Shown in pieces: positions 29,457-37,423 of a stretch of DNA of 64,000 nucleotides. Every line of letters starts with the position of its first letter. Position 1 is the stretch's first letter. The notes below the pieces were generated by a model, which made no database searches, was not told the origin of the DNA, and worked only from the letters and a program-made list of their open reading frames with translations. The DNA is from Vulcanimicrobiota bacterium (lineage in GTDB: Bacteria > Vulcanimicrobiota > Vulcanimicrobiia > Vulcanimicrobiales > Vulcanimicrobiaceae). The stretch is taken from positions 1,472,001-1,536,000 of the forward strand of contig OY970223.1 in the NCBI GenBank assembly GCA_963714015.1, given 5' to 3'. A program made the position numbers and the translations under genes.

Positions 29457-30427
29457 TGGACGCCCAGCGCGCTTTGTTTTCGGCAGTCAACCAACTCATC
29501 GCCGCGCGCAGCGTCGAAGACTTGGATCGCGGGCTGGTCGAGGTCTCGCCCGGCGCAGCGGGGTTCGAACGCGTCGCCCTGCTCGCGCTCCCGACGATGC
29601 AGCAACCCGCCCGCGTGCGCTTCGTGCGCGGCACTCCAGCGCTCGACTTGAACGACGTCCCCGACTCCTCGCCTCTGGCTGCGGGCGGGGTCCTGAGCGG
29701 GGACATGGCCGGAGCATCGGGCGATGCCGAAGAGCCGCACCGCGGGGTCCAGGGTTCCTACGTCCTTGCGCCGCTTCGGGAGAGGGAGCGCCCCGTTGCG
29801 CTGGTGTACGCCGATTCGCTGCGGGAGAGCGCGAGCCCGGACGAGGCTCGGGAAGCGTTGCTCCACGTTCTGGCCGTCGCCGGCGTCGTTCGTGCCGGCC
29901 TGAATCTCGCACTGGAACGAGATCGCCTGCTTGGAGAACTCGACTCGGCCTCACGGGTCGACCCGCTCACGGCTCTGTCCAACCGTCGGGTCTTCGAAGA
30001 GCGTCTGGCAGGCGAACTGCACCGCAGTGCGCGCAGCCGGCGCCCGTTCGCCCTGGCCCTCTTTGACGTGGACCGGCTGGATGAGATCAACCGCACCTTC
30101 GGGCGACCGGCGGGCGATGAGGCGCTGCAGCACTTCGGGGCGGTGCTGCGCGGCCGGGCGCGTCACATGGACCTGGCGGCACGTCTGGCGGACGACGAAT
30201 TTGCCATGTTGCTGGTGGACGTCGACCACCAAGCCGCCCGTTCCGTGGTCGAACGGGTTTTGGACGGCGCTCGCGAAGCTAGCCTATCGGTTCCCGCACG
30301 CCTTTCAGTTTCTGCCGGAATCGCTCTGAACTACCCGGTCGATACGGCTGAAACGCTGATGGAGAGAGCCCAAGCGGCACTCGCCGACGCCAAACGGTCC
30401 GGCCGCGATAGGACCAAGATTATGTAA
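29456..30427 (+). CDS. GAF-like plus degenerate GGDEF-domain protein
   Basis: DPLTALSNRR, FDVD, INRTFG, RLADDEF in place of GGDEF. Confidence 0.82.
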   Translation: MDAQRALFSAVNQLIAARSVEDLDRGLVEVSPGAAGFERVALLALPTMQQPARVRFVRGTPALDLNDVPDSSPLAAGGVLSGDMAGASGDAEEPHRGVQGSYVLAPLRERERPVALVYADSLRESASPDEAREALLHVLAVAGVVRAGLNLALERDRLLGELDSASRVDPLTALSNRRVFEERLAGELHRSARSRRPFALALFDVDRLDEINRTFGRPAGDEALQHFGAVLRGRARHMDLAARLADDEFAMLLVDVDHQAARSVVERVLDGAREASLSVPARLSVSAGIALNYPVDTAETLMERAQAALADAKRSGRDRTKIM

Positions 30428-30457
30428 AGGCTGCGATTCTATGGGAATAAGGGTACA

Positions 30458-30643
30458 GTGAAGCACTCGCGTCCCGCACTTACCAGCGACATCCTGCCGA
30501 AGGACTACGAGCTTCGAAAGAACGCACGCTTGCGCGAACGTGCCGAATCTATTGCGGTGCTAAGCGCCATGGCGGCATTCTGGGCCCTGGTCTTTACGCT
30601 GAATTTCTTCGTCGGTCAGTTCTCAACGCCGCTCATTCGCTAG
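30458..30643 (+). CDS. Small single-TM hypothetical protein
   Basis: 61-aa ORF with one hydrophobic helix filling the intergenic space. Confidence 0.5.
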   Translation: MKHSRPALTSDILPKDYELRKNARLRERAESIAVLSAMAAFWALVFTLNFFVGQFSTPLIR

Positions 30644-30650
30644 TCCGACC

Positions 30651-32057
30651 CTACAGAACCCCGGAAGGTCCCATACCTTCCAAGCGCTTCTTTAGATCGG
30701 CAAGGAAGCCGCTGGCGACGTAACCGTCGACGACGCGGTGGTCGAGTGAGAGGCAGACGTTCATCATTTGACGCACGGCAATTGCATCGTCGGCCGTGAC
30801 GACGGGCTTTTTCACGACGGTTTCCATCGTAACGATGCCCGCCTGGCCGCCGTTGATGATCGGCGCCGAAGCGTATGAACCGTTCGCGCCGTTGTTGTTG
30901 ACCGTGAACGTTCCGCCTTGCAGATCGTCGGCCGAGAGCTTAGCGCGGCGCGCTCGCTCGATCAGATCGCCCGACGCCAGCGCCAAGCCTTTGATCGAGA
31001 GTTTATCGGCGTTCTTAACGACCGGAACGACGAGATTCGTCGGCAGACCGATCGCGATACCGACGTTGACGTTCTTCTCTACCGCGATGCCTTCGGGCGT
31101 AAAGCGCGCGTTCATCAGCGGGAAGGTCGCCAGAGATTCCACTACAGCTCGGACGAAGAACGGCAACAACGTCAGCTTATAACCGGTGTCGCGCTCGAAT
31201 TTATCTTTTTCGCGCGTGCGCCATTTCCAGACGTTGGTCACGTCGACTTCAACCATCGACCAAGCGTGCGGCGCGGTATGCTTGCTCTCCACCATGCGCT
31301 GCGCGATGATTTTCCGTGCCGAGCTCAGCGGAATGAGCGTGCCCGGAATCGGTTCCCCGTAGGTGCTCGTTCCGCTCGGCGGCGTTTGCGCAGGGGGCGC
31401 CGTGGGCGGCATCGCGGGAGCGCCTGTAGCGGCGAAATTCGTTCCCACGCCGACGGCCTGGCCGACCGCGGCCGCCGGGCCCATACGCGCCGCCGTCAGC
31501 ACGTCTTCAGCCGTGACGCGCCCGTTTGCGCCGGATCCCCGCAGCGTTCGAATGTCGATATGATGCTCTCGCGCCAACTTGCGCACGGCCGGCGACGTAC
31601 CTCGCAGTGCCGTTTCAGGAACCTGCTCCGGCTGTCCCACGCGCGCATGGCCGTTTCCGACGTGTTTGGTCGGCATTTCCGGAATATTGAATCCGGGAAC
31701 CGGCTCGGCATTCGCGCTCTCGGCCATGGCCGACCGCGATTGCGGCGGATTCGAAGCACTCTGTGCAACCTGCGCCGCCGGCTCCGTTCCGGGCGCATTC
31801 GTCCCGGTCGCCGCACCGACTTCATCGATCACGGCAATCGGCGTGCCGGTCGCAACGGTCGTCCCTTCCTGCACCAGAATCTCGCGCAGCGTGCCGGTCA
31901 CCGGCGCCGGAACTTCCGAATTTACTTTGTCCGTCGAAACTTCAAGGAACGCCTCGTACTTTTCGACCGGCTCGCCGGCCTTCTTGAGCCAGCGCTCCAC
32001 GGTTCCTTCGGTAACCGTCTCGCCCAACTGGGGCATCGTAATCGTCGTCGCCATCAT
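30651..32057 (-). CDS. 2-oxo-acid dehydrogenase E2 (dihydrolipoamide acyltransferase, BCKDH-like)
   Basis: Lipoyl domain MPQLGE...STDKVNSE, E3-binding SPAVRKLA...GSGANGRVT, DHRVVDG. Confidence 0.93.
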   Translation of the reverse strand: MMATTITMPQLGETVTEGTVERWLKKAGEPVEKYEAFLEVSTDKVNSEVPAPVTGTLREILVQEGTTVATGTPIAVIDEVGAATGTNAPGTEPAAQVAQSASNPPQSRSAMAESANAEPVPGFNIPEMPTKHVGNGHARVGQPEQVPETALRGTSPAVRKLAREHHIDIRTLRGSGANGRVTAEDVLTAARMGPAAAVGQAVGVGTNFAATGAPAMPPTAPPAQTPPSGTSTYGEPIPGTLIPLSSARKIIAQRMVESKHTAPHAWSMVEVDVTNVWKWRTREKDKFERDTGYKLTLLPFFVRAVVESLATFPLMNARFTPEGIAVEKNVNVGIAIGLPTNLVVPVVKNADKLSIKGLALASGDLIERARRAKLSADDLQGGTFTVNNNGANGSYASAPIINGGQAGIVTMETVVKKPVVTADDAIAVRQMMNVCLSLDHRVVDGYVASGFLADLKKRLEGMGPSGVL

Positions 32058-32128
32058 GTATCCTTATTCGTTCGTGCGATTCTGCCGATGCGGAACCCCG
32101 ACCATAGGGTCCAGGCCGACAGTCGCTT

Positions 32129-33133
32129 TTAGAATTTCACGAGCTCGCGCATAGCGTCGGCCATCTCGGCTGGAGAAGACATGTACTCTTCCTCCAGTGG
32201 GAGCGCGTAGCCCATCGCCGGGACGTCCGGTGCCGCGAGACGTCGAATCGGCGCGTCCATCTCGAAGAATGCTTCTTCCGCGACCATTGCGCTGATTTCG
32301 GCGCCGATGCCGCCGAACTTGTTGTCCTCGTGAATGATGAGCAGCTTGCGCGTCTTGCGGATGCTTTCAAGAATCGTCGTGCCGTCCATCGGACGGATCG
32401 AACGCAGGTCGATGACTTCGACCGACATGCCTTCGTTCTCGAGTGCGTTTGCCGCTTCGATCGCCCAATGCACGTACAAACCGTAAGACACGACCGTCAG
32501 TTGTGTGCCGGCTTTTTTGACGTCGGCCTTGCCGATCGGGATCGTGTAGTGACCGTCGGGCACTTCGCCTTTGATCAGGCGATAGGTCTTCTTGTGCTCG
32601 AGAAAGAGGACCGGATCCGGATCGTCGATAGCCGCATTCAGTAAGCCTTTGACGTCGGCGGGGAATGAGGGCGCCACGATCTTGAGGCCCGGAACGTGGT
32701 AGAACAGCGCTTCAATCGATACGGAGTGCGAAAGCGCGCCGCGAACGCCGCCGCCGTATGGCGTGCGGATAACGAGCGGGCACGTGTATTCACCGTTGCT
32801 GCGATAACGCGTCTTGGCCGCTTCGCCGACGATTTGATTGTATGCCGGGTAGATGAAGTCGGCAAACTGAATCTCGGCGATGGGCCGCAGGCCTTCCATA
32901 GCCATGCCGACCGCGATACCGACGATCGACGCTTCGGCGATCGGCGTGTCGATCACGCGTTCCGGCCCGAATTCCTTGATGAAGTCCTTCGTGATCAGGA
33001 AGACGTTGCCGCGATTGCCGACGTCTTCGCCGAGTATGACCGTGCGGTCGTCGTTCTTCATCGCCTCGTACAACGTCGCGCGCACCGCTTCGACGTTGTT
33101 CAGAATCTGCGACGTGCCGGCGGCTACTGCCAT
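32129..33133 (-). CDS. 2-oxo-acid dehydrogenase E1 beta subunit
   Basis: LGEDVG, DTPIAE, EIQFADF, HSVS, FLEHK, IDLRS; SD GAAGGAG before ATG 33133. Confidence 0.94.
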   Translation of the reverse strand: MAVAAGTSQILNNVEAVRATLYEAMKNDDRTVILGEDVGNRGNVFLITKDFIKEFGPERVIDTPIAEASIVGIAVGMAMEGLRPIAEIQFADFIYPAYNQIVGEAAKTRYRSNGEYTCPLVIRTPYGGGVRGALSHSVSIEALFYHVPGLKIVAPSFPADVKGLLNAAIDDPDPVLFLEHKKTYRLIKGEVPDGHYTIPIGKADVKKAGTQLTVVSYGLYVHWAIEAANALENEGMSVEVIDLRSIRPMDGTTILESIRKTRKLLIIHEDNKFGGIGAEISAMVAEEAFFEMDAPIRRLAAPDVPAMGYALPLEEEYMSSPAEMADAMRELVKF

Positions 33134-33258
33134 GGCTGCCACGCTCCTTCGTTTGAACAGGCGTATGCGCGCTCCGCGCTCCACGCCCCCCGCACGCTAA
33201 GCGCGCGGGGCCCCCGACCTTCGGTCCCCTTGCCAAGGTTGAATGTGGTCACTGCCAT
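33124..33258 (-). CDS. Repeat-encoded mini-ORF 3 (44 aa, MAVTTFNLGKG...EGAWQPWQ)
   Basis: ATG overlaps the stop of mini-ORF 2 (SD variant GAAGAAG); its stop overlaps the E1beta ATG. Confidence 0.5.
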   Translation of the reverse strand: MAVTTFNLGKGTEGRGPRALSVRGAWSAERAYACSNEGAWQPWQ

Positions 33259-33383
33259 GGCTGCCACGCTTCTTCGTTTGAACAGGCGTATGCGCGCTCC
33301 GCGCTCCACGCCCCCCGCACGCTAAGCGCGCGGGGCCCCCGACCTTCGGTCCCCTTGCCAAGGTTTAATGTCGTCACTGCCAT
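33249..33383 (-). CDS. Repeat-encoded mini-ORF 2 (44 aa, MAVTTLNLGKG...EEAWQPWQ)
   Basis: SD GAAGGAG plus ATG overlapping the previous stop; open to the next junction. Confidence 0.5.
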   Translation of the reverse strand: MAVTTLNLGKGTEGRGPRALSVRGAWSAERAYACSNEEAWQPWQ

Positions 33384-33439
33384 GGCTGCCACGCTCCTTC
33401 GTTTGAACAGGCGTATGGGCGCTCCGCGGTCACTGCCAT
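33374..33439 (-). CDS. Repeat-encoded mini-ORF 1 (21 aa, MAVTAERPYACSNEGAWQPWQ)
   Basis: SD GAAGGAG plus ATG overlapping the E1alpha stop; ends at the next junction stop. Confidence 0.5.
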   Translation of the reverse strand: MAVTAERPYACSNEGAWQPWQ

Positions 33440-34458
33440 GGCTGCCACGCTCCTTCGTAGAGATTCGCGTATAGTTCGGATGGGGCCGGGTAGGCCATAG
33501 TCTCGGCTTTGTCGGTCGCTTCGTTCGTTTCGCGAAGCACGTCTTTCTTGAGCGCCTCGATGCTTTGTGCGTTCAGCACGCCCGCATCGGTCAAGATGCG
33601 CTCGAAGCGCGGAACCGGATCGAACTTGCGGTTCTCCGTAACCTCGTCCTTGGTGCGGTAAGTCATGTCGTTGTCGTCGGTCGAGTGCGCCAGAAAACGA
33701 TAGCATACGCCCTCGATCAAACTCGGACCGCCGCCGCTGCGCGCGCGATCCATTGCGCGTTTCACGACGTCGTACGTCGCAATCGGATCGAATCCGTCGA
33801 ACTGCTCGCCCGGCATACCATAGCCTTCCGCGCGCTTGAAGATGTTAGGCTCCGCCATCTGCTGGTCCAGCGGCGTGGAGATCGCCCATTGATTGTTCTC
33901 GACCAGCATCACGAGCGGCAGCTTGTGAATCGACGCGAAATTCATGGACTCGTGCCACTCGCCTTCGCTCGTCGTTCCGTCGCCGCAGGTTACTAGAACG
34001 GCGCGCCCCGTTTCCTTGCGATATTTCATCGAATACGCGGCACCGACAGCGTGCGGAATGTGCGCGGCCAGAATCGAGGAAAACGACATCAGCCCGGCAC
34101 GTTTGGACGAATAGTGGTTCGGGAACTGGCGGCCGCCGTTGTGGTCGGCGGCCCGCGCGAATATGGAGAGCATGATCTCGTAAGCCGACAGACCGATGCC
34201 GGTCGCTAGGCCGAGATCGCGATAGTACGGCGCGAGTATGTCCTTGCCGCGCTCGAACGCCATTGCCGCGCCCGCCTGCAGCGCTTCGTGCCCCTCACTT
34301 CCGAGCGCAAAAGGCACCTTGCCTTGGCGGTTGAGTTGAAAGCCGCGGTTGTCCAATTGCCGCTGCAGCAGCATATTACGGAATATCGCGACCAGCTGTT
34401 CGTCGGACAGCCCATGCCGCTCCAGTGTTCCGCGCACTTGAGTATTCGTTTTTGCCAT
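33430..34458 (-). CDS. 2-oxo-acid dehydrogenase E1 alpha subunit (paralogue 2)
   Basis: GHEA, PYYRD, CGDGTTSEGEWHE...VENNQWAIS ThDP motif, YRFLAHSTDD. Confidence 0.93.
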   Translation of the reverse strand: MAKTNTQVRGTLERHGLSDEQLVAIFRNMLLQRQLDNRGFQLNRQGKVPFALGSEGHEALQAGAAMAFERGKDILAPYYRDLGLATGIGLSAYEIMLSIFARAADHNGGRQFPNHYSSKRAGLMSFSSILAAHIPHAVGAAYSMKYRKETGRAVLVTCGDGTTSEGEWHESMNFASIHKLPLVMLVENNQWAISTPLDQQMAEPNIFKRAEGYGMPGEQFDGFDPIATYDVVKRAMDRARSGGGPSLIEGVCYRFLAHSTDDNDMTYRTKDEVTENRKFDPVPRFERILTDAGVLNAQSIEALKKDVLRETNEATDKAETMAYPAPSELYANLYEGAWQPWQ

Positions 34459-34478
34459 ATGTCACGTTTCCTGAGCTG

Positions 34479-35504
34479 TTACTGCCATGGTTTCCACGAG
34501 TTCGCGTAGACGTCCGTGTAGAGAGCCGCGGTCTCGGGATACGGCATTGCTTCCGCCCTGTCCGTGGCTTCGTTCGCCTCGGCCAGTACGGATGACTTCA
34601 CGGACTCCGCCTGCGCCTCGGTGATCACGCCGCGCTCCACCAACAAGCGTTCGAACTTCGGGACGGGATCGTCTTTTCTCCGGGTGGCGACTTCTTCGCG
34701 CGAACGATAGGTTCGGTCGTCGTCGTCGGTCGTGTGCGCAAGAAAGCGGTAGCACTTGGCTTCGACTAAAGTCGGTCCGCCGCCGTGCCGCGCGCGGTCC
34801 ATCGCGTCCTTTACCGTCGCATATACTGCGAGCGGATCGAAGCCGTCTACGCGCATACCGGGAATGCCGTATCCGGCAGCGCGCTTATAAATATCCGGCT
34901 GACCCATTTGCCCTGAGAGCGGCGTGCTGATAGCCCACTCGTTGTTCTCGCACAGAAAGACTACCGGCAGCTTGTGGACGCTCGCGAAATTGAGCGACTC
35001 GTGCCATTCCCCCTCGCTCGTAGCACCGTCCCCGAACGTGGTCAAGACGGCGCGGCCGTGCGCTTTGCGCAATTTGAGCGCGTATGCGGCGCCGACGGCA
35101 TGCGACGTCTGCGCGGCGATGATGGAGCTGATGGTGTACATTCCCAGCCTCTTGCTGGCGTAGTGATGCGGAAACTGACGTCCGGCGCTATGGTCGCCGG
35201 CTCGGGCGAAAAGCGAGAGGAGGACCTCGTAAGGAGTTAACCCGACGCCAAGCTCGAGGCCCAGATCCCGATAATAGGGGACCAGGATGTCCTTGCCGCG
35301 CTCGAACGCCATGGCTGCGCCCGCTTGAACGGCCTCATGACCTTCGCCGGCTGAAGCGAACGGGATTTTGCCTTGCCGGTTCAGTTCGAAGCCGCGCCCT
35401 TCTAAACGGCGGTGCGTAAGCATGATGCGCCAAATTGCGATCAACTGCTCGTCGGTCAAACCGTGCCGTTCGAATTGGACGCCGGAAGCAGCTTTGGAGG
35501 TCAC
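34479..35504 (-). CDS. 2-oxo-acid dehydrogenase E1 alpha subunit (paralogue 1)
   Basis: GHEA, PYYRD, FGDGATSEGEWHE...CENNEWAIS, YRFLAHTTDD. Confidence 0.93.
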   Translation of the reverse strand: MTSKAASGVQFERHGLTDEQLIAIWRIMLTHRRLEGRGFELNRQGKIPFASAGEGHEAVQAGAAMAFERGKDILVPYYRDLGLELGVGLTPYEVLLSLFARAGDHSAGRQFPHHYASKRLGMYTISSIIAAQTSHAVGAAYALKLRKAHGRAVLTTFGDGATSEGEWHESLNFASVHKLPVVFLCENNEWAISTPLSGQMGQPDIYKRAAGYGIPGMRVDGFDPLAVYATVKDAMDRARHGGGPTLVEAKCYRFLAHTTDDDDRTYRSREEVATRRKDDPVPKFERLLVERGVITEAQAESVKSSVLAEANEATDRAEAMPYPETAALYTDVYANSWKPWQ

Positions 35505-35607
35505 GGTCCGTAGGTCACGCGCATCTGCACGCGAATCCTGCCCGGATTACATGCGCCCCTCGGGCAAGCGAGTTCACGGCCCGTAGGGGCGTGCCGATAC
35601 AGTTTGG

Positions 35608-37395
35608 GTGTTAGCTGAAGTGCATCAGGACTATCAGGTTCGGCGGCTCTCGATGCTGCGGGCGTACCGCATTCTGGAGACGCCCCAGGATTCGCGCTAC
35701 GACGGAATTACGGAACTGGCCGCCCGCCTGGCCGATGCGCCCAAGGCCCTTCTAGCCTTTGTGGACGACGAGCGCGTCTGGGTAAAGTCCGCCTTCGGCT
35801 GTGAACTCAAGGGCGACCAGCCCGGATTACTAGACTTTCTGACATCCGAAGACGGCCGTCGCATTGCGCTGCCTGCAGCTTCGCGTGACAAACGGCTTGC
35901 GCGTTATCCGTTCATCAAGGCGCTCGTTGCCGTTCCGCTGGTCACGCCGTCCGGCCACGCGATCGGCTATCTCGCTGCGTTCGACGGCGTTGAAAGAGCC
36001 GATTTCGACAATGCACGCGCCGATGCGCTGCAAGCGCTGGCAAAGCAAACCGTCGATCTGCTCGAGCACGACGCCGCAAAGCGTGCCATTACGCTGCGCG
36101 ACGAAGAAGTCTCGCGTTTGGAGTCCCGTATCGCGCGTTTGCAGGCAGCCGATCCCGCGCCGATGGCCATGCCGTGCTCCTTGTTTCTGGATCGTCTCTC
36201 GAAAACGCTGTCCGTTTGTCCTACCAAAGCCGCGCTGCTCTTCATCGATATTCACGCATTCACGCGCGTCAATATCGCGTACGGCCGCGATGCGGGCGAC
36301 GATGCTCTGCGTGAGACCGCCGCTCGGATACGCGAGTGTATCGGCAGCCGCGACACGTTCACGCGGCGTGATGCGGATCATTTTGCAATTCTCGTCGACG
36401 AATTCGATCCGGTCGCGGCAGCGCGGCTGCGAGCGCGTTTGGAAGAGCCGTTGACCGCCCAGAGTGTGCGGGGCGTGCATCTCTCCGTTCGCATCGGCGG
36501 AGTGCACTTGCGGCAAACGGCGGCTGACGAACGCCCGGATCGCGTGCTGCAGCTCGCCGAACGCGCCGCGGCCGATTCGATCGGTTCCGTCGCGTTCGCC
36601 ACCGCAGCGCACCGCGAAAGCGTTCTTTCGAGCGATGCCGTGCTCATGCGCCTGGTTGCCGCGGTGGAACAAGGTTCGATCGACCTGCATTATCAGCCGC
36701 TCGTCGAAGCGCAAACGGAACGGTTTATCGGATTCGAAGCGTTGGCTCGCTGGACGTTGCCCGAAGGCATGCGGGTTGAACCCGCCCAGTTCATGGAACT
36801 TGCCGATCGCTACGGCCAAGCATTCCCTTTAGGTGAGCAGCTGCTGCGCAAAGCTTGTTCGGCCTGCTGCGAGTTCGTAGGAGTCGATCCGGATTTCGTT
36901 TTGCACGTCAACGTCTCGCCGGTGCAGCTCTCTCATCCGCTTTTCGAAGTCTGCGTCAACGACGCGCTGCGCCTAAGCGGCATGCCTGCGAAAAACCTGT
37001 GCCTCGAGATTACCGAAGCAGCGGTCGCACAGCCGGAGATCATCGGACCGAAAATGGCGCGGTTGCGCCAAAGCGGCTTGCGCTTTGCGCTCGACGACTT
37101 CGGAATGGGATACTCCTCACTCAGCCACGTGAGGCGCCTGCCCGTCGACGCGCTCAAGATCGACCGCTTCTTCGTAAGCGGCGCCGGCGACGAGATCGCC
37201 GATCCTCCGATCGCGCGGACCGTTACGACGCTCGCCAAGGAGCTCGGTTTGATCGTTGTCGCGGAAGGCGTCGAGACCGAGCAGCAAGCCGCGTTTTTGC
37301 GAGGGCTAGGCTGTGATGTGCTGCAAGGCTACTATTTCGGACGCCCCGCCCCGATTTCGCCCGCCGGCGCAAACTTGGGCCGGCGGGCGAAATGA
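35608..37395 (+). CDS. GAF-GGDEF(degenerate)-EAL c-di-GMP phosphodiesterase
   Basis: GAF (RLSMLRAYRILET), DADHF in place of GGDEF, FEALARW, DDFGMGYSSL, KIDRFFV, AEGVET. Confidence 0.88.
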   Translation: MLAEVHQDYQVRRLSMLRAYRILETPQDSRYDGITELAARLADAPKALLAFVDDERVWVKSAFGCELKGDQPGLLDFLTSEDGRRIALPAASRDKRLARYPFIKALVAVPLVTPSGHAIGYLAAFDGVERADFDNARADALQALAKQTVDLLEHDAAKRAITLRDEEVSRLESRIARLQAADPAPMAMPCSLFLDRLSKTLSVCPTKAALLFIDIHAFTRVNIAYGRDAGDDALRETAARIRECIGSRDTFTRRDADHFAILVDEFDPVAAARLRARLEEPLTAQSVRGVHLSVRIGGVHLRQTAADERPDRVLQLAERAAADSIGSVAFATAAHRESVLSSDAVLMRLVAAVEQGSIDLHYQPLVEAQTERFIGFEALARWTLPEGMRVEPAQFMELADRYGQAFPLGEQLLRKACSACCEFVGVDPDFVLHVNVSPVQLSHPLFEVCVNDALRLSGMPAKNLCLEITEAAVAQPEIIGPKMARLRQSGLRFALDDFGMGYSSLSHVRRLPVDALKIDRFFVSGAGDEIADPPIARTVTTLAKELGLIVVAEGVETEQQAAFLRGLGCDVLQGYYFGRPAPISPAGANLGRRAK

Positions 37396-37423
37396 GCCGG
37401 CTCTCCGCGCGTGCCGAAAGCGG

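Larger units (their letters stand above)
33124..33458 (-). repeat. Tandem array at the E1alpha/E1beta junction: four copies of a 27-bp junction (ACGAAGGAGCGTGGCAGCCATGGCAGT, one copy with a mismatch) with periods 56, 125 and 125 bp
   Basis: On the + strand, actgccatggctgccacgct[c/t]cttcgt starts at 33126, 33251, 33376 and 33432; the two 125-bp units are nearly identical and hairpin-rich. Confidence 0.95.

Noticed and set aside
33124..33458. CRISPR array (27-bp repeat x4)
   Set aside because: The spacers are 98, 98 and 29 bp and near-identical to each other, the repeat is the coding E1alpha/E1beta junction, and there are no cas genes in the window
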